Assembly (NCBI GenBank): GCA_051942245.1
Contig: JAVECL010000035.1
Coordinates: 62,001-85,578 of the forward strand
Reading direction: 5' to 3'
Length of the DNA stretch: 23,578 nt
DNA from: Trypethelium eluteriae
Taxonomy: Eukaryota
This document shows positions 10,634-21,060 of this stretch, in pieces. The notes under the pieces were generated by a model, which had not been told where the DNA came from, did not search any database, and was given only the letters and a program-made list of their open reading frames with translations. A program made the position numbers and the translations under genes. The first letter of the stretch is position 1; the number at the start of each line of letters is the position of its first letter.

Positions 10634-10973
10634 GGGAGTTTCAGCAGGTCCTTTCAACTTCAGCTTCAACTAATTTTCAACTTGTGCTACTATGTATAGA
10701 TTCTTTATGAAGTTAGCTGGCGGTGAGGTGGACCAGAAATTCTCAAGAGAACTCGCCCCTTAATTTGTTCTGTGAAGGTTAGCTAGGCTAAATTAGCTTA
10801 AGCGGCGACGCTACCAGCTCACCGCCTTCCTAATTAAAGCTGAAGTGACCTGTACAACAGTTGAATTGTCCATTTAACAACTACACCCCTGTCGCCTAAA
10901 TAAAGCCTAGTAGTTACCCCTTTGAAGTTGAAAAAAAGTTGAAGCTGAAAATTTTCGACGTGCTGAAACTCTC
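10634..10973. mobile_element. Non-autonomous TIR DNA transposon (MITE), 340 bp, with roughly 50-bp imperfect TIRs and flanking TA
   Basis: The left end 10634-10683 is gggagtttcagcaggtc-ctttcaac-ttcagcttcaactaattttcaactt. The reverse complement of the right end 10925-10973 is gagagtttcagcacgtc-gaaaatt-ttcagcttcaactttttttcaactt. The outer block matches 15/17 and the inner block 23/25. TA lies at 10632-10633 and 10974-10975. The interior is AT/TpA-rich with no ORF in the track. Confidence 0.8.
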
Positions 10974-11776
10974 TATTAGCAAACATTCAATGCTTCGAGA
11001 TCAAGATCGAGACTGATATTTGCTCTTGCATTCGGGCGAAAGCCCAGTGTAAGATCTCCACTATCCAGCGACGAACGTGATAGGATCCGATAGTTCCGAT
11101 GCAGAGAAATCGAAACACGGTAGAGTATTAAGGATAAAGAATTTGAGAAATAACGCATAGGCGATAGCGGTCGGTTTCACCGTGTTTCTGCATGCTGCAC
11201 TGCTGAGTCGAGATGCGGAATTCAAAGAAACCTTTTATCAGGCAGTTGCCGGCGATTCGCTTGACCTTTCTATCGTTTAAACCATGGACCACTCTCGCCA
11301 GCACGTAAGAATGCAGTGTGGAGCGTGGGACGAGATCAAAGGTTTAGCGCCACCGCCATAGGGATCGGGATTGGGTAAGCCATTGTTTCAAAACCAACGG
11401 GACATATCCAATTGGTGAATTGAAACCCTGTCAAAAGCTGCATGGTCGGCCCCTTTCATAAACAAACCGACCCCGACATCGAATCAAGAGAGCCGGAGAT
11501 TGCACCTCCTGAGCACGCTAAAAAAGCGTTCCTGACGATCACTGTCAGGGGACAAGCCAACGACGAAATTTTGACAAGTTGTGTGTGATTGCATACTCTC
11601 GACGTGCATCCAGCTTATCCAAGAGTGGAGATCGGTGCACAGGTGGGAGTATCATACATGTATCTTTCACTCAGAATGAAACCTGCTCATAGGCTTGTGT
11701 GTGAATTGAACTGCTGTGCTGGAAATGCCTACGTACAGAGCAACTTTAGCAGCGTTGTTGGAACGAAAACCCTTTA

Positions 11777-11959
11777 AGCCACGGTCGGACATGAGAGGGA
11801 CGGGATCCAGCGACCGGAAATCCCGCCGTTCAGGATTGGCATGCGTCGCCTTCTGTTCACTTTACCCCTTTCGGGAGGCTTCGGCGTGGCTTGGAGGCCA
11901 GGAGTTGGGCCCACCAGAATGAAGAGGGCGAGTGGATGATTGGGATCGCTCTGGTGGCT
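11777..11959. promoter_or_regulatory. Cluster of GWGGCT motifs (Crz1/CrzA-like) upstream of the GH128 gene
   Basis: Exact copies are AGCCAC 11777-11782, GAGGCT 11875-11880, GTGGCT 11886-11891 and GTGGCT 11954-11959. A near-match GAGGCC lies at 11894-11899. Confidence 0.3.
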
Positions 11960-12420
11960 CTCGTCCCCAGCACGGTGTGGTGAGACTACAGAGCACCTAG
12001 CCAAGCGCTGTCATGGTGGGCAAAGCTTTCTCGCCCGTATTTTGGTGCGTGTAATCACACCCAGGTCCGAAAGGGTTTAGAGGTTGTGTTGAAATGTCAC
12101 TTTGGCCCTGGTCTTAATAAACGGGCCCCGCGCCGACCCTCTCCCCCTTCTTTCCCTTCGCCTATCCTTCACCTCGTGCTCATTGCCAGTCTTTCATTAT
12201 TGTGAGCAAATCCCTTGCTCGTCCACTCTTTGTTTCTTGCTTCAAGGAACCCACTCTCGTTTGAACCACCGCAATAGCCCTGGTCGGCCTCCAGAATCTG
12301 CGCTCCCAGTAGCCGCGATCCTATCATTCACAGTCGGATACACATTCTTCGTGTCGGCAACGAAAACAAGGACGGTTTCTCAATAAATACACAAGCCTTT
12401 CGTGCTCAGATATACCAAAG

Positions 12421-13893
12421 ATGTCTACCAGCGTCACCAACCTCGCTCTCTTTTCGCTCCTGTCTGCTCAGGCTTTAGCTCGTCCCGAAGTCGCACACCC
12501 CTGGAAGCGCGCTCACGCTCATGGTGGAGCTCACCACCACCATGCTCATGGCACGGGATACTATCCAGGAAACCAAACAGCAAATTCAACTGGTCTCTTC
12601 CCTTACACTGGCAACACCGCGACGTCTACCCTCATCGCGACTGTCTCTCCTGTTGCTGCCAATAGTGAAGTCGTGAGCGATTCTTCCTGCGCTACCGAGG
12701 GTGAGACTGTGACCCAGACCGCAACTAATGTTATCACCGTCACTGTCACCCCAGGTGGCAGCTCTGCTGTCTCAGTCGCTGCTACCGAATCCTCTGCCGC
12801 GACTTCCAGCGAGGAGAGCAGCGCCTCGGCAGCTCAGAGCACTGTTGCCTCCGTGAGCAGCCTGCCACATGCTTCCATGTATCACGGTCCTCAGCCTCAA
12901 ACGACGGAGGCTTCTACCGAGAGCACCTCAAGTGCTGTTTCTGTCGAGTCGAGTGCTCCCGTCAGCAGTTCTTTCACTGCTGAGGCTGCCACGAGCAGCA
13001 TCGAAGTTTCGAGCTACGTTGCACCAATCACCAGCAGTGTAGCTGCCGCTGCATCCAGCTATGTCGCTTCCTCCTCTGCCTCTTCTTCCACGGCTGCCGA
13101 GTCTTCCAGCGCCCCAGGAACCAAGCGTGGCGTTGCTTACAACGAGAGTAGTATGACCGGCCCCTTTGAGGGCAGTGCGCCTTGGGCTTGGAACTGGGTA
13201 CCTACAGCAGGCGACCTTGACACATCCAAATACGAGTACATTCCCACCTGCAAGGATGCGAGCTCATACTGGACCGGCCTCTTTGTTTCTGCGATGAAGG
13301 ACTCGACGCCAAAGACCATCTTCTCATTCAACGAGCCAGACAATGCTGGTCAAGCCAACATGGATGTCGCGGCTTGCGTTTCTGCTTTTGACCAATACAT
13401 CGGCCCTCACAATACCTCGGGCGCCGAGATTGTGGCTCCTGCCGTCACCAACAGCCAGACCCCCGGTGAAGGTCTCGACTACCTCGATTCATTCCTCAGT
13501 AGCTACAGTGGCACCAAGATTGATGCTATCAACCTCCACTGGTATGACAGCTACAAGAACACCCAGGGCTTCATTGACTACGTAAACAATGCCTCCGCTA
13601 CGCTCGGCAAGAAATTTTCCCATCTCTCCGGTTCTCAGAATGGCCAATTCACCACCTATATCACAGAATTTGGCTTCACAGATGGTGAACAGCACGATGA
13701 TTACCAGTACCACCCCGCCTCAGACGCAGACCAGGCAACTGCCCTCAAAGCCGTCCTTCCTTTCCTTGATGCTCAGTCCTTCGTCAAGAGGTACTCCTAC
13801 TTCATGGTGTATGACGGCCTGCTGGTTAATGATGGCTCGACCACCCAAAGCGGTGATGTCTACAAGTCATTCTCTGCTCCCTACAATGGTTAA
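12421..13893 (+). CDS. Secreted GH128 (Glyco_hydro_cc / Asl1-like) beta-1,3-glucanase with His-rich N-terminus and Ser/Thr-rich linker, 490 aa, no introns
   Basis: Signal peptide, KR site and a long Ser/Thr/Ala linker precede the C-terminal domain. That domain carries KRGVAY, WAWNW, FNEPD (acid/base Glu), INLHWY, ITEFG (nucleophile Glu) and FVKRYSYF. Codons are strongly biased toward C endings. Confidence 0.92.
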   Translation: MSTSVTNLALFSLLSAQALARPEVAHPWKRAHAHGGAHHHHAHGTGYYPGNQTANSTGLFPYTGNTATSTLIATVSPVAANSEVVSDSSCATEGETVTQTATNVITVTVTPGGSSAVSVAATESSAATSSEESSASAAQSTVASVSSLPHASMYHGPQPQTTEASTESTSSAVSVESSAPVSSSFTAEAATSSIEVSSYVAPITSSVAAAASSYVASSSASSSTAAESSSAPGTKRGVAYNESSMTGPFEGSAPWAWNWVPTAGDLDTSKYEYIPTCKDASSYWTGLFVSAMKDSTPKTIFSFNEPDNAGQANMDVAACVSAFDQYIGPHNTSGAEIVAPAVTNSQTPGEGLDYLDSFLSSYSGTKIDAINLHWYDSYKNTQGFIDYVNNASATLGKKFSHLSGSQNGQFTTYITEFGFTDGEQHDDYQYHPASDADQATALKAVLPFLDAQSFVKRYSYFMVYDGLLVNDGSTTQSGDVYKSFSAPYNG

Positions 13894-14708
13894 ATCAAGC
13901 CTGGCTCATGGGTTTAAATTCTGGTTGAGCAAGTGATGATGGCGTGCGTGCATTGGAAAAGGAGCGTAGAAGCTGCACATACGGAGTACGGATATTGCTA
14001 AAAGGAGCAAAGGCTGGAGCTTCAAGCCAGCCATTTGTAGGCGACTGGAAACATGACTTCTCGGAACGGCGACATTTTACTTCTTTCGCTTCGATATTGT
14101 TCTTCTATGGACATACTATTATGTGTAGTGTTATTATTTGATCTCTCTGCCAGTTAATGCATAGCGAATAGATATGCTGATGATGATCCTCTTATACTCC
14201 AAATGAAAGGCAGCTTGGCCATTTATTGGACATTTATCTAGATCTCTCATAAGGTTAGTGACGTACGAGTTTGGTAGCAATTCTAAATTATCGCGCCTCG
14301 ACTCTTGAAGGCACTGTTCTGCCTACGGTCGCGCAGAGGATGTGATTGCGAGAAGAAGATAATTTCAAGGGCCCTAGAAAACGCATGAATAATCTGGTAG
14401 AAGATCAACCTCGTGCGATATCTCGCGTGTTCAATTGGCCAAGGGTGGCCAGACCCCCAGGGCTAAGCACGCCAAGCTCAGAACTCTGAAGCTCTCCGCG
14501 AAGTGGAGCAACAGTGGACCAGCCAAACTCCTTTCCCCCGCCTTCCCAATGTGATCTTTGCAGATTCTTGCCATACCTTAGCTTTCAGAAGCTTCAGAAA
14601 ACCCCTTTGACAGCGCTTCTTGTTTTTGTTAGGAGTTTTGAGTACATTCCAAAGCGTCAACAAGCGCAAAACAACGCGGAACTGCCCCGCCTCGCCTCGT
14701 TTCCTAAA

Positions 14709-14714
14709 CACGTG
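14709..14714. promoter_or_regulatory. CACGTG box (Pho4/NUC-1/PalcA type) upstream of VTC4
   Basis: Exact CACGTG ending 49 nt before the VTC4 ATG. VTC genes are established members of the fungal PHO regulon. Confidence 0.4.
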
Positions 14715-14762
14715 AACCCTGTGGGTACTTGCAGGCTTCGGCCTCTATGAGAGGCTAAGAGC

Positions 14763-17724
14763 ATGAGGTACGTAAGGAAATCTCAGCGTCCAATGCTTGG
14801 TCGTCAAGTTCGCTTGCATGTGTGATGGTACACGCAAATTGAAGCTTGACTTGTCTCCAACTCATAGGGGATCCATTCAATTGACGTTCCTGTTCATCTC
14901 CCAGATTTGGCGCCCAACTCCGCCAATCCCTCACTCGGGACTGGGAATTTCACTTCATCTCTTACGACGACCTAAAGCGCTCTCTCAAAACCGATTTCGA
15001 GCCAGGCTCGACCACAAAACGCCGACCATGGACGGAAGACGACGAACAGCGGTTTGTGAAGCAACTCGAAGGCGAACTTGACAAAGTCTATACATGGCAG
15101 CGAGTGAAAGCCTCAGAGATCATTCGGCGCATCGCGACTAGCGAGAAAGAAGTTGATCAAGTCATTGATCGTTCAAAAAAGCTCGGTATCGGCGGCAATG
15201 GTGCGGTTAATGGGACCGGAGGGGCAGGAAGGAATGTAGGAGCAGGAGAGGCTGCGTTTGGAGGCATAGAAGAGGAAGAATCAATAGAAGAAGATTTCAT
15301 GTTGCTGGAAGAGGACTTGAGCGATATCATTGCGGACGTGCATGATTTGGCAAAGTTCACGCAGCTGAATTACACAGGATTTCAGAAGATTATCAAGAAA
15401 CATGATGTGAGTGCTCCTGCGACTACCACTCAGACAGGCCGGTAGAGTGAAAGTAATGACCGTGTGAGCAGAAAAAAACGTCGTGGCATTTGAAGCCAGT
15501 CTTTGCTGCACGGTTGAAAGCGAAACCGTTCTTCCAAGATAACTATGATGCAATGATTGTCAAACTTTCTAAGCTGTACGATCTTGTGCGGACGCGAGGA
15601 AACCCAACGAAAGGCGATGCTGCAGCAGGAGGCGGACAGCAGAATTTTGTCAGGCAGACAACAAAGTACTGGGTACATCCGGACAACATCACCGAGCTCA
15701 AACTCATCGTCCTCAAACATCTCCCTGTTCTTGTCTTCAATCCAAATAAAGAGTTTGACCCTAAGGACTCTGCTATTACATCTATATATTACGATAACCC
15801 TCAGACATGGGAACTATATACTGGTCGCTTGAAGAAGACTGAAGGTGCCGAAGCTATCCGTCTGCGTTGGTATGGCGGTATGAATTCCGACACTATCTTC
15901 GTCGAACGCAAGACGCATCGGGAGGATTGGACAGGCGAGAAATCGGTCAAGGCTCGATTTGCACTAAAGGAGAAAAATGTCAATCCTTTCCTCGAGGGAC
16001 GCATGACAGTCGGTGCCGCCTTTTCTGATAAGATGAGAAGAGACGGAAAGAAGTCTGAAGAGGAGATTGCAAACCTGGAGCAACTAGCTCACGAGATCCA
16101 ATATCGCGTGCTGACTCGAAAGCTTGTCCCCGTTACACGAAGTTTCTACAATCGAACTGCGTTTCAGCTCCCTGGTGATGCGAGAGTGAGAATATCGTTG
16201 GACACAGAATTGACCATGGTAAGAGAGGATAACCTTGACGGTCATCAACGGTGCAGGAGGAATTGGCGGAGAATGGATATTGGAATCGACTGGCCTTTCC
16301 GACAACTACCACCTGAGGATGTAGAAAGATTTCCGTACGCGGTACTCGAGGTGAAGCTCCAAACTGCTGCTGGACAAGAACCACCGCAGTGGATTCGAGA
16401 GCTAACTGCCAGTCACTTGGTAGAGGCAGTCCCAAAATACAGCAAGTTCATTCACGGCACGGCAACCCTGCAGCCAGACCGTATTAAGCTGCTCCCATTT
16501 TGGATGCCCCAGATGGAGAGGGACATCAAAAAACCCGTTTCCCACCACTTCGGCATCGAGAGACCAGGCACTAGTAACGAGGCGAGCACCGGCAATATAG
16601 ACGAGGATACAGACGATGATGACGGTCTACTAGAAGATGAACAAGAGGGCCGTCCGACTGGCCGTGTTGAGCCATTGGGAGACGGAGACAATGAGACGTT
16701 GAGACGACTCCGTGCAGCTAGGGACGCAATGGAGCAACATGAGCAAGATCAACGCCGAGATTACGGCACCACTTCTGGTGCTATTTCATCTTCCCAAGTA
16801 GATGGCGCTACGGCAACGCGAAATCGTCTGGATGTCGAAGAGCGCGTGGCTACTCAGATCTCACATGATTATCCCATCTACGAATCCGACGATGAAGACG
16901 ATGACGAAGTGGAAGAGGCGAAGCGGGTTGGTGGGTGGCGATATACGAGTCTCGTGCTCAAGAGGGGACTGAGGAAAGTCGAAGAGGGCGCATGGAATGT
17001 CTTCATGGCCATCATACCACGGCCGCGACCCAGTGGACTACCAGGGATTGAAGGCAGTCTTGGAGTGCCAAAGGCGACGGGGCAGATGGAGAAGTTCAAG
17101 GCGCCAAAGGGAAAGAGTACGTTCTCATGCCTCATTCCTCGCCTAGTCATTCTACCCTGACTGAATTGCTGACACCTCATCTTGCTCGTCATAGAAATCC
17201 ATGTTCCCGTCCGCATCGAACCAAAGGTTTACTTCGCTGCCGAACGTACCTTCCTCTCCTGGCTCGAGTTTTCCATTCTCCTTGGCTCCATCGCAGCCGC
17301 TCTCGTCAACTTCGGTGGACCCATTGCTCCCTCTCTGAAACAGCTCGATTCCGCCTCTCACTCCTCCTCTTCCGACATTCGCGTCCCTTCCGGAGACCAC
17401 CAACAACGCGTCATTGCCCTCGACTTACCAGGTGAGAATAGCAATAGCGGTGCCAGAGGAGTGAGTGCGCAAAGAGGGGAGGATGAAGTATTGCCGTTTG
17501 CCCTCTACAGCAGCATCGCCTTCACGATCCTCGCGGTGCTGGCACTCTTCTACAGCATGGCGCTGTATCTGTATCGCAGCGAGCTGCTGCGGGAGCGGAA
17601 AGAAGGACGGAATGTCTGGTATGATAAATGGGGTCCTACTGTGCTCTGTGTGGGGCTGTTTGCTTGCTGCGCGATCAGCTTTGGGTTGCGATTTACCCGG
17701 GGAGAAGGGGGATATTTTGGGTGA
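14763..17724 (+). CDS. VTC4: Vacuolar transporter chaperone 4 (polyphosphate polymerase; SPX + VTC + 3-TM DUF202), 893 aa; exons 14763-14767, 14905-15406, 15472-17116, 17195-17724
   Basis: The spliced start reads [16 protein letters not shown] (SPX). Further motifs are [70 protein letters not shown] and [21 protein letters not shown]. Introns 14768-14904, 15407-15471 and 17117-17194 are GT-AG and give a 2682-nt frame. Confidence 0.96.
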
Positions 17725-18351
17725 GCTTGGCTGCTAAGTGGTTCGGAGATTTGACTGGGGGAGTGGCATCCAGCTACGGATGGAAAATTGAAAGGCAGAC
17801 TCTAATAAGGAACCCTGTTCTTGAGAAGGGCGCGAGAATTTGGGTACTGGGGTGTTCATGCTCCAGTCTGTATCAGCATAATTCTAAGCCAGGATTAAGT
17901 CTTATTACTAGCTATGTCAGCTTTGTACATAATCAATAGGTACATATATGCGAATCATTGCGCTTACATGCACCATCATCGCCCTTTTGTTCTTTTGTTG
18001 TTGTTTCTAGTTGTCCTTCCTTCTGCATGAACAGACGGGATCGATCCGTCCGGCCAGCCGACCAGTGAATGCTGCTGCCTGCTTGGTGAAAGAGCTAGCT
18101 TCAAAGGAACGATAATCTTGCATCGACGTGCGGGGAATTCGTTAGGTACTCTAGAGTAATGCATGTTGTGTCACAAACCTAGGACTGAATCTTTCCATGT
18201 ACAAGCGATTGAGCTTTACCTCCCAACGCATGAGTCAGTAAATCGAAAAGAAAATACAGAACTCCATTTCGCCAATAGCCCCCTTCAGAGCTTTCGGACG
18301 ACATCAGAACTAGTTTCGCGTCTCTACATTTCTCTTTCGGGTCTTGCAAAC

Positions 18352-20403
18352 ATGTTTGCAGGTCTACGTTTTCTCGTTCAATTTTTTGGAGCTACATATC
18401 TACTTCTAAACCTTTTTCCCACAGCTGCAGCAATCTCCTGCGTTCCCAATCCAGCATACACCATCCCTGCTCTTCCCTCTTCCAACCCGCTCCTTAATCC
18501 TCTCCGAGCTGCGCTTGACTCTGCTTTCCTTGAGCTTCTCGAAAGTGATAAAGCTGCCCGGAAAGCCGTCTATGAAGACGCTTGTACGAGTGACCTGGAT
18601 TCGGAACAAGAGGGGGTGATATGCAGGCTTGAGACTGGTGAAGAGATCAAGGATAGGAGCAGTGGGGGCGCCCCACTCTTTGCTAATATCACCAGTTTCT
18701 CCATTGCGGTGACAACTAAGGAGGAGTTGGTTTACGAATTTCATCATAGTGCTGAGGTGCAGGGTAGAGCTGGGACTGGGGTGGCGATAGATAAGGATCT
18801 GCACGGTCACGAGCAGGAGGTCTTAGGGAGCAGACGCCCGGGGAGGAAAATCGTGGACGGTGACACGGCCTATCGCATTGCGTCCTGCACCAAGGTCTTC
18901 ACTGTTCTTGCGCTATTGCTTGAGAAAGACATAAATTGGGACGATCCTGTGACGAAATGGCTCCCTGAACTCCGTGGTCCAGAGCCAACTCCAGCTGACG
19001 ACGATTATGGGTCCAAGTCTGAACTGGAAGAGCTCGAAGAAGTAGAAAGACTTATAAATCACGTCCACTGGGAGTCCATTACCCTCCGCAGTCTTGCCAG
19101 TCAGCTTAGCGGTATCGCGCGCCAGTACGGCATATTCGACCTCCTTCAAACGGCACCGGAAAACTGGCAAGGAAGACTTGAGAGACTTGGGTTCCCGCCA
19201 GTACACGACGAGGACGATGTACCAAGGAGTGATGGTAGAGGCGACCAGAGTATTAGCCGAGAAGACTTCTTGAAGGGGGTGAAGTGGCAATATCCGATAT
19301 TTGCGCCAAACTATCAGAGCACGTATTCTAACACGGGATTCATTCTCCTAGGTATGGTCCTTGAAAAAATGGCGGGAAGAAAGTACACGGACGTCATCGC
19401 TGAAAGAATCACCCGGCCGCTGGGTTTGAATCGAACTACCTTCACTACACCACATGATAGGGATGCAGTAATTCCTGCAGTTCCAAACGATTGGGATTGG
19501 GGCAATGAAATCAACATGCCTACCGGCGGACTTTATTCCACGGCATACGATACTACGACTTTCCTGCGCTCTCTCTTGAGGTCAGACATGCTGACCGAGG
19601 AGGCTACGAACAAGTGGCTCCATGTGCAGTCGGAAAGCCCAGGACTCTATGGATTTTATGGTATGCCATGGGAAATTTTCCGCACTGCACGCGCCACATC
19701 TGATGGTCGTGCTGTCACTATGATCAACAAAGGAGGAGACCTGGCTGGCTATCACTCCAGGCTGGCCATCATCCCTGAGTTTGGTGTCGGCGCGAGTATT
19801 CTAATTGCAGGCAAGCCCGAAGCTTTGCCGCCACTTCGGGCAACGTTAGACGAGGTGCTTTTGAAGGTCATGGATGGCATCCTAAGACACTGGACCGAGA
19901 AGATGTATACTGGCACCTTTGTTGCGCGAGGCAAGTTGAACTCAAGTCTTGAGTTGGGCATTGCTGAGACTGGAGGCTTGGAAGTCAAGAGATGGATCAG
20001 CAATGGAACGGACTTCCTGGACACAATAGTGAAGGTATTCGAATATCCTCCATTAGAAAGTAACTCTACTATGCAGGGAATGCAGGCGCGAATATTTCCT
20101 ACGGGTCTCAAGCGGACTCAGAAAAAGATAGAGCAATCCGTGGCCGTAGGAGAGGTATGGAGAATGGGCCTTCTGACGATTGAGGATGCAGATCCGGTGT
20201 TTGGATCTGAGTTTTGTATGGGTGATGCGGATGAGGGAGCTTATGCAGGCAGGGCGATAAATGAAATGATCTTATTCAAAGATGGAGACGGAAGGCTGGA
20301 GAAGGTTACGATCCCGGTATTGAAGGTTGAGTTAGTCCGCAAGACAAAGTGGATGGAGTGGATAGAGGGGACTAGAGGGTTGGTGGGACAGTTAGGATTG
20401 TAA
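18352..20403 (+). CDS. Secreted beta-lactamase/transpeptidase-fold serine hydrolase (class C / S12 D-peptidase-like), about 683 aa, no introns
   Basis: SxxK (YRIASCTK), LRSLASQLSG, YxN (TYSNTGF), PTGGLYST and a KTG-equivalent (NKGGD) are all present. The ATG at 18352 opens a signal-like segment, MFAGLRFLVQFFGATYLLLNLFPTAAA. The ORF-track start at 18163 is probably an in-frame upstream extension. Confidence 0.9.
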   Translation: MFAGLRFLVQFFGATYLLLNLFPTAAAISCVPNPAYTIPALPSSNPLLNPLRAALDSAFLELLESDKAARKAVYEDACTSDLDSEQEGVICRLETGEEIKDRSSGGAPLFANITSFSIAVTTKEELVYEFHHSAEVQGRAGTGVAIDKDLHGHEQEVLGSRRPGRKIVDGDTAYRIASCTKVFTVLALLLEKDINWDDPVTKWLPELRGPEPTPADDDYGSKSELEELEEVERLINHVHWESITLRSLASQLSGIARQYGIFDLLQTAPENWQGRLERLGFPPVHDEDDVPRSDGRGDQSISREDFLKGVKWQYPIFAPNYQSTYSNTGFILLGMVLEKMAGRKYTDVIAERITRPLGLNRTTFTTPHDRDAVIPAVPNDWDWGNEINMPTGGLYSTAYDTTTFLRSLLRSDMLTEEATNKWLHVQSESPGLYGFYGMPWEIFRTARATSDGRAVTMINKGGDLAGYHSRLAIIPEFGVGASILIAGKPEALPPLRATLDEVLLKVMDGILRHWTEKMYTGTFVARGKLNSSLELGIAETGGLEVKRWISNGTDFLDTIVKVFEYPPLESNSTMQGMQARIFPTGLKRTQKKIEQSVAVGEVWRMGLLTIEDADPVFGSEFCMGDADEGAYAGRAINEMILFKDGDGRLEKVTIPVLKVELVRKTKWMEWIEGTRGLVGQLGL

Positions 20404-21060
20404 AACACACAAACTCGAACTTTGAAGACTGCTAGGCAGACCGAAGACAGAATAGATTTATCGATGAAAGACTTCCAAGATGATAGGCATCTCGAGGGAT
20501 AGTTGTGAACACAGGCTTCCTTTACTACCTCCACCTCGATTCCAAGACTTGTTTCGAAAATCTTGATGGCTGATCTAACAACTATTGTTTTGATATAGCC
20601 AGGGAGGTCTCAGCCCACCTAAGATTGTCTTCGCAGGCAGAGAAAATGTAGTTTGGAAGAACCGGATGTGGCTGCACGATGAACACATACGCCACGCTGT
20701 CTCCCGTTCGCGTCGAAATAGTGTTCAGGCTATGACCCTATCATTCTAGCTTCCGCAGGGGATCAACAATGTCCGTGTCAGATGTTATCGCAATTCTTGA
20801 ACGACAGTCCTTCGATTTGCGTTCCAAGGTGTGAAATTCTGTATATTAATTTTCCTCGTGGCTCGCACTTCAAAATCTGGGTCGTGGATTGAAAAGACAA
20901 GCTCGCATGTTCTTGAGCGAGACGCGTCGATTTTGTTTGCAGCCTCGGGAGCGCGTCTTTGCTGTTCCAGCATCCTTGCGCAAATCAGCTGTCATACCAC
21001 TTCACCCGTAATTACGGCCTTCCATCTACCTGAGAATATGTCAAAACTGGTCAGAACTCA

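Noticed and set aside
17432..17513. Possible extra intron in the last exon of VTC4
   Set aside because: No branch consensus, and all donor/acceptor pairs break the frame.
18163..18351. 63-codon N-terminal extension of the beta-lactamase-like ORF
   Set aside because: It would bury the signal peptide that starts at ATG 18352, so it is probably 5' UTR.
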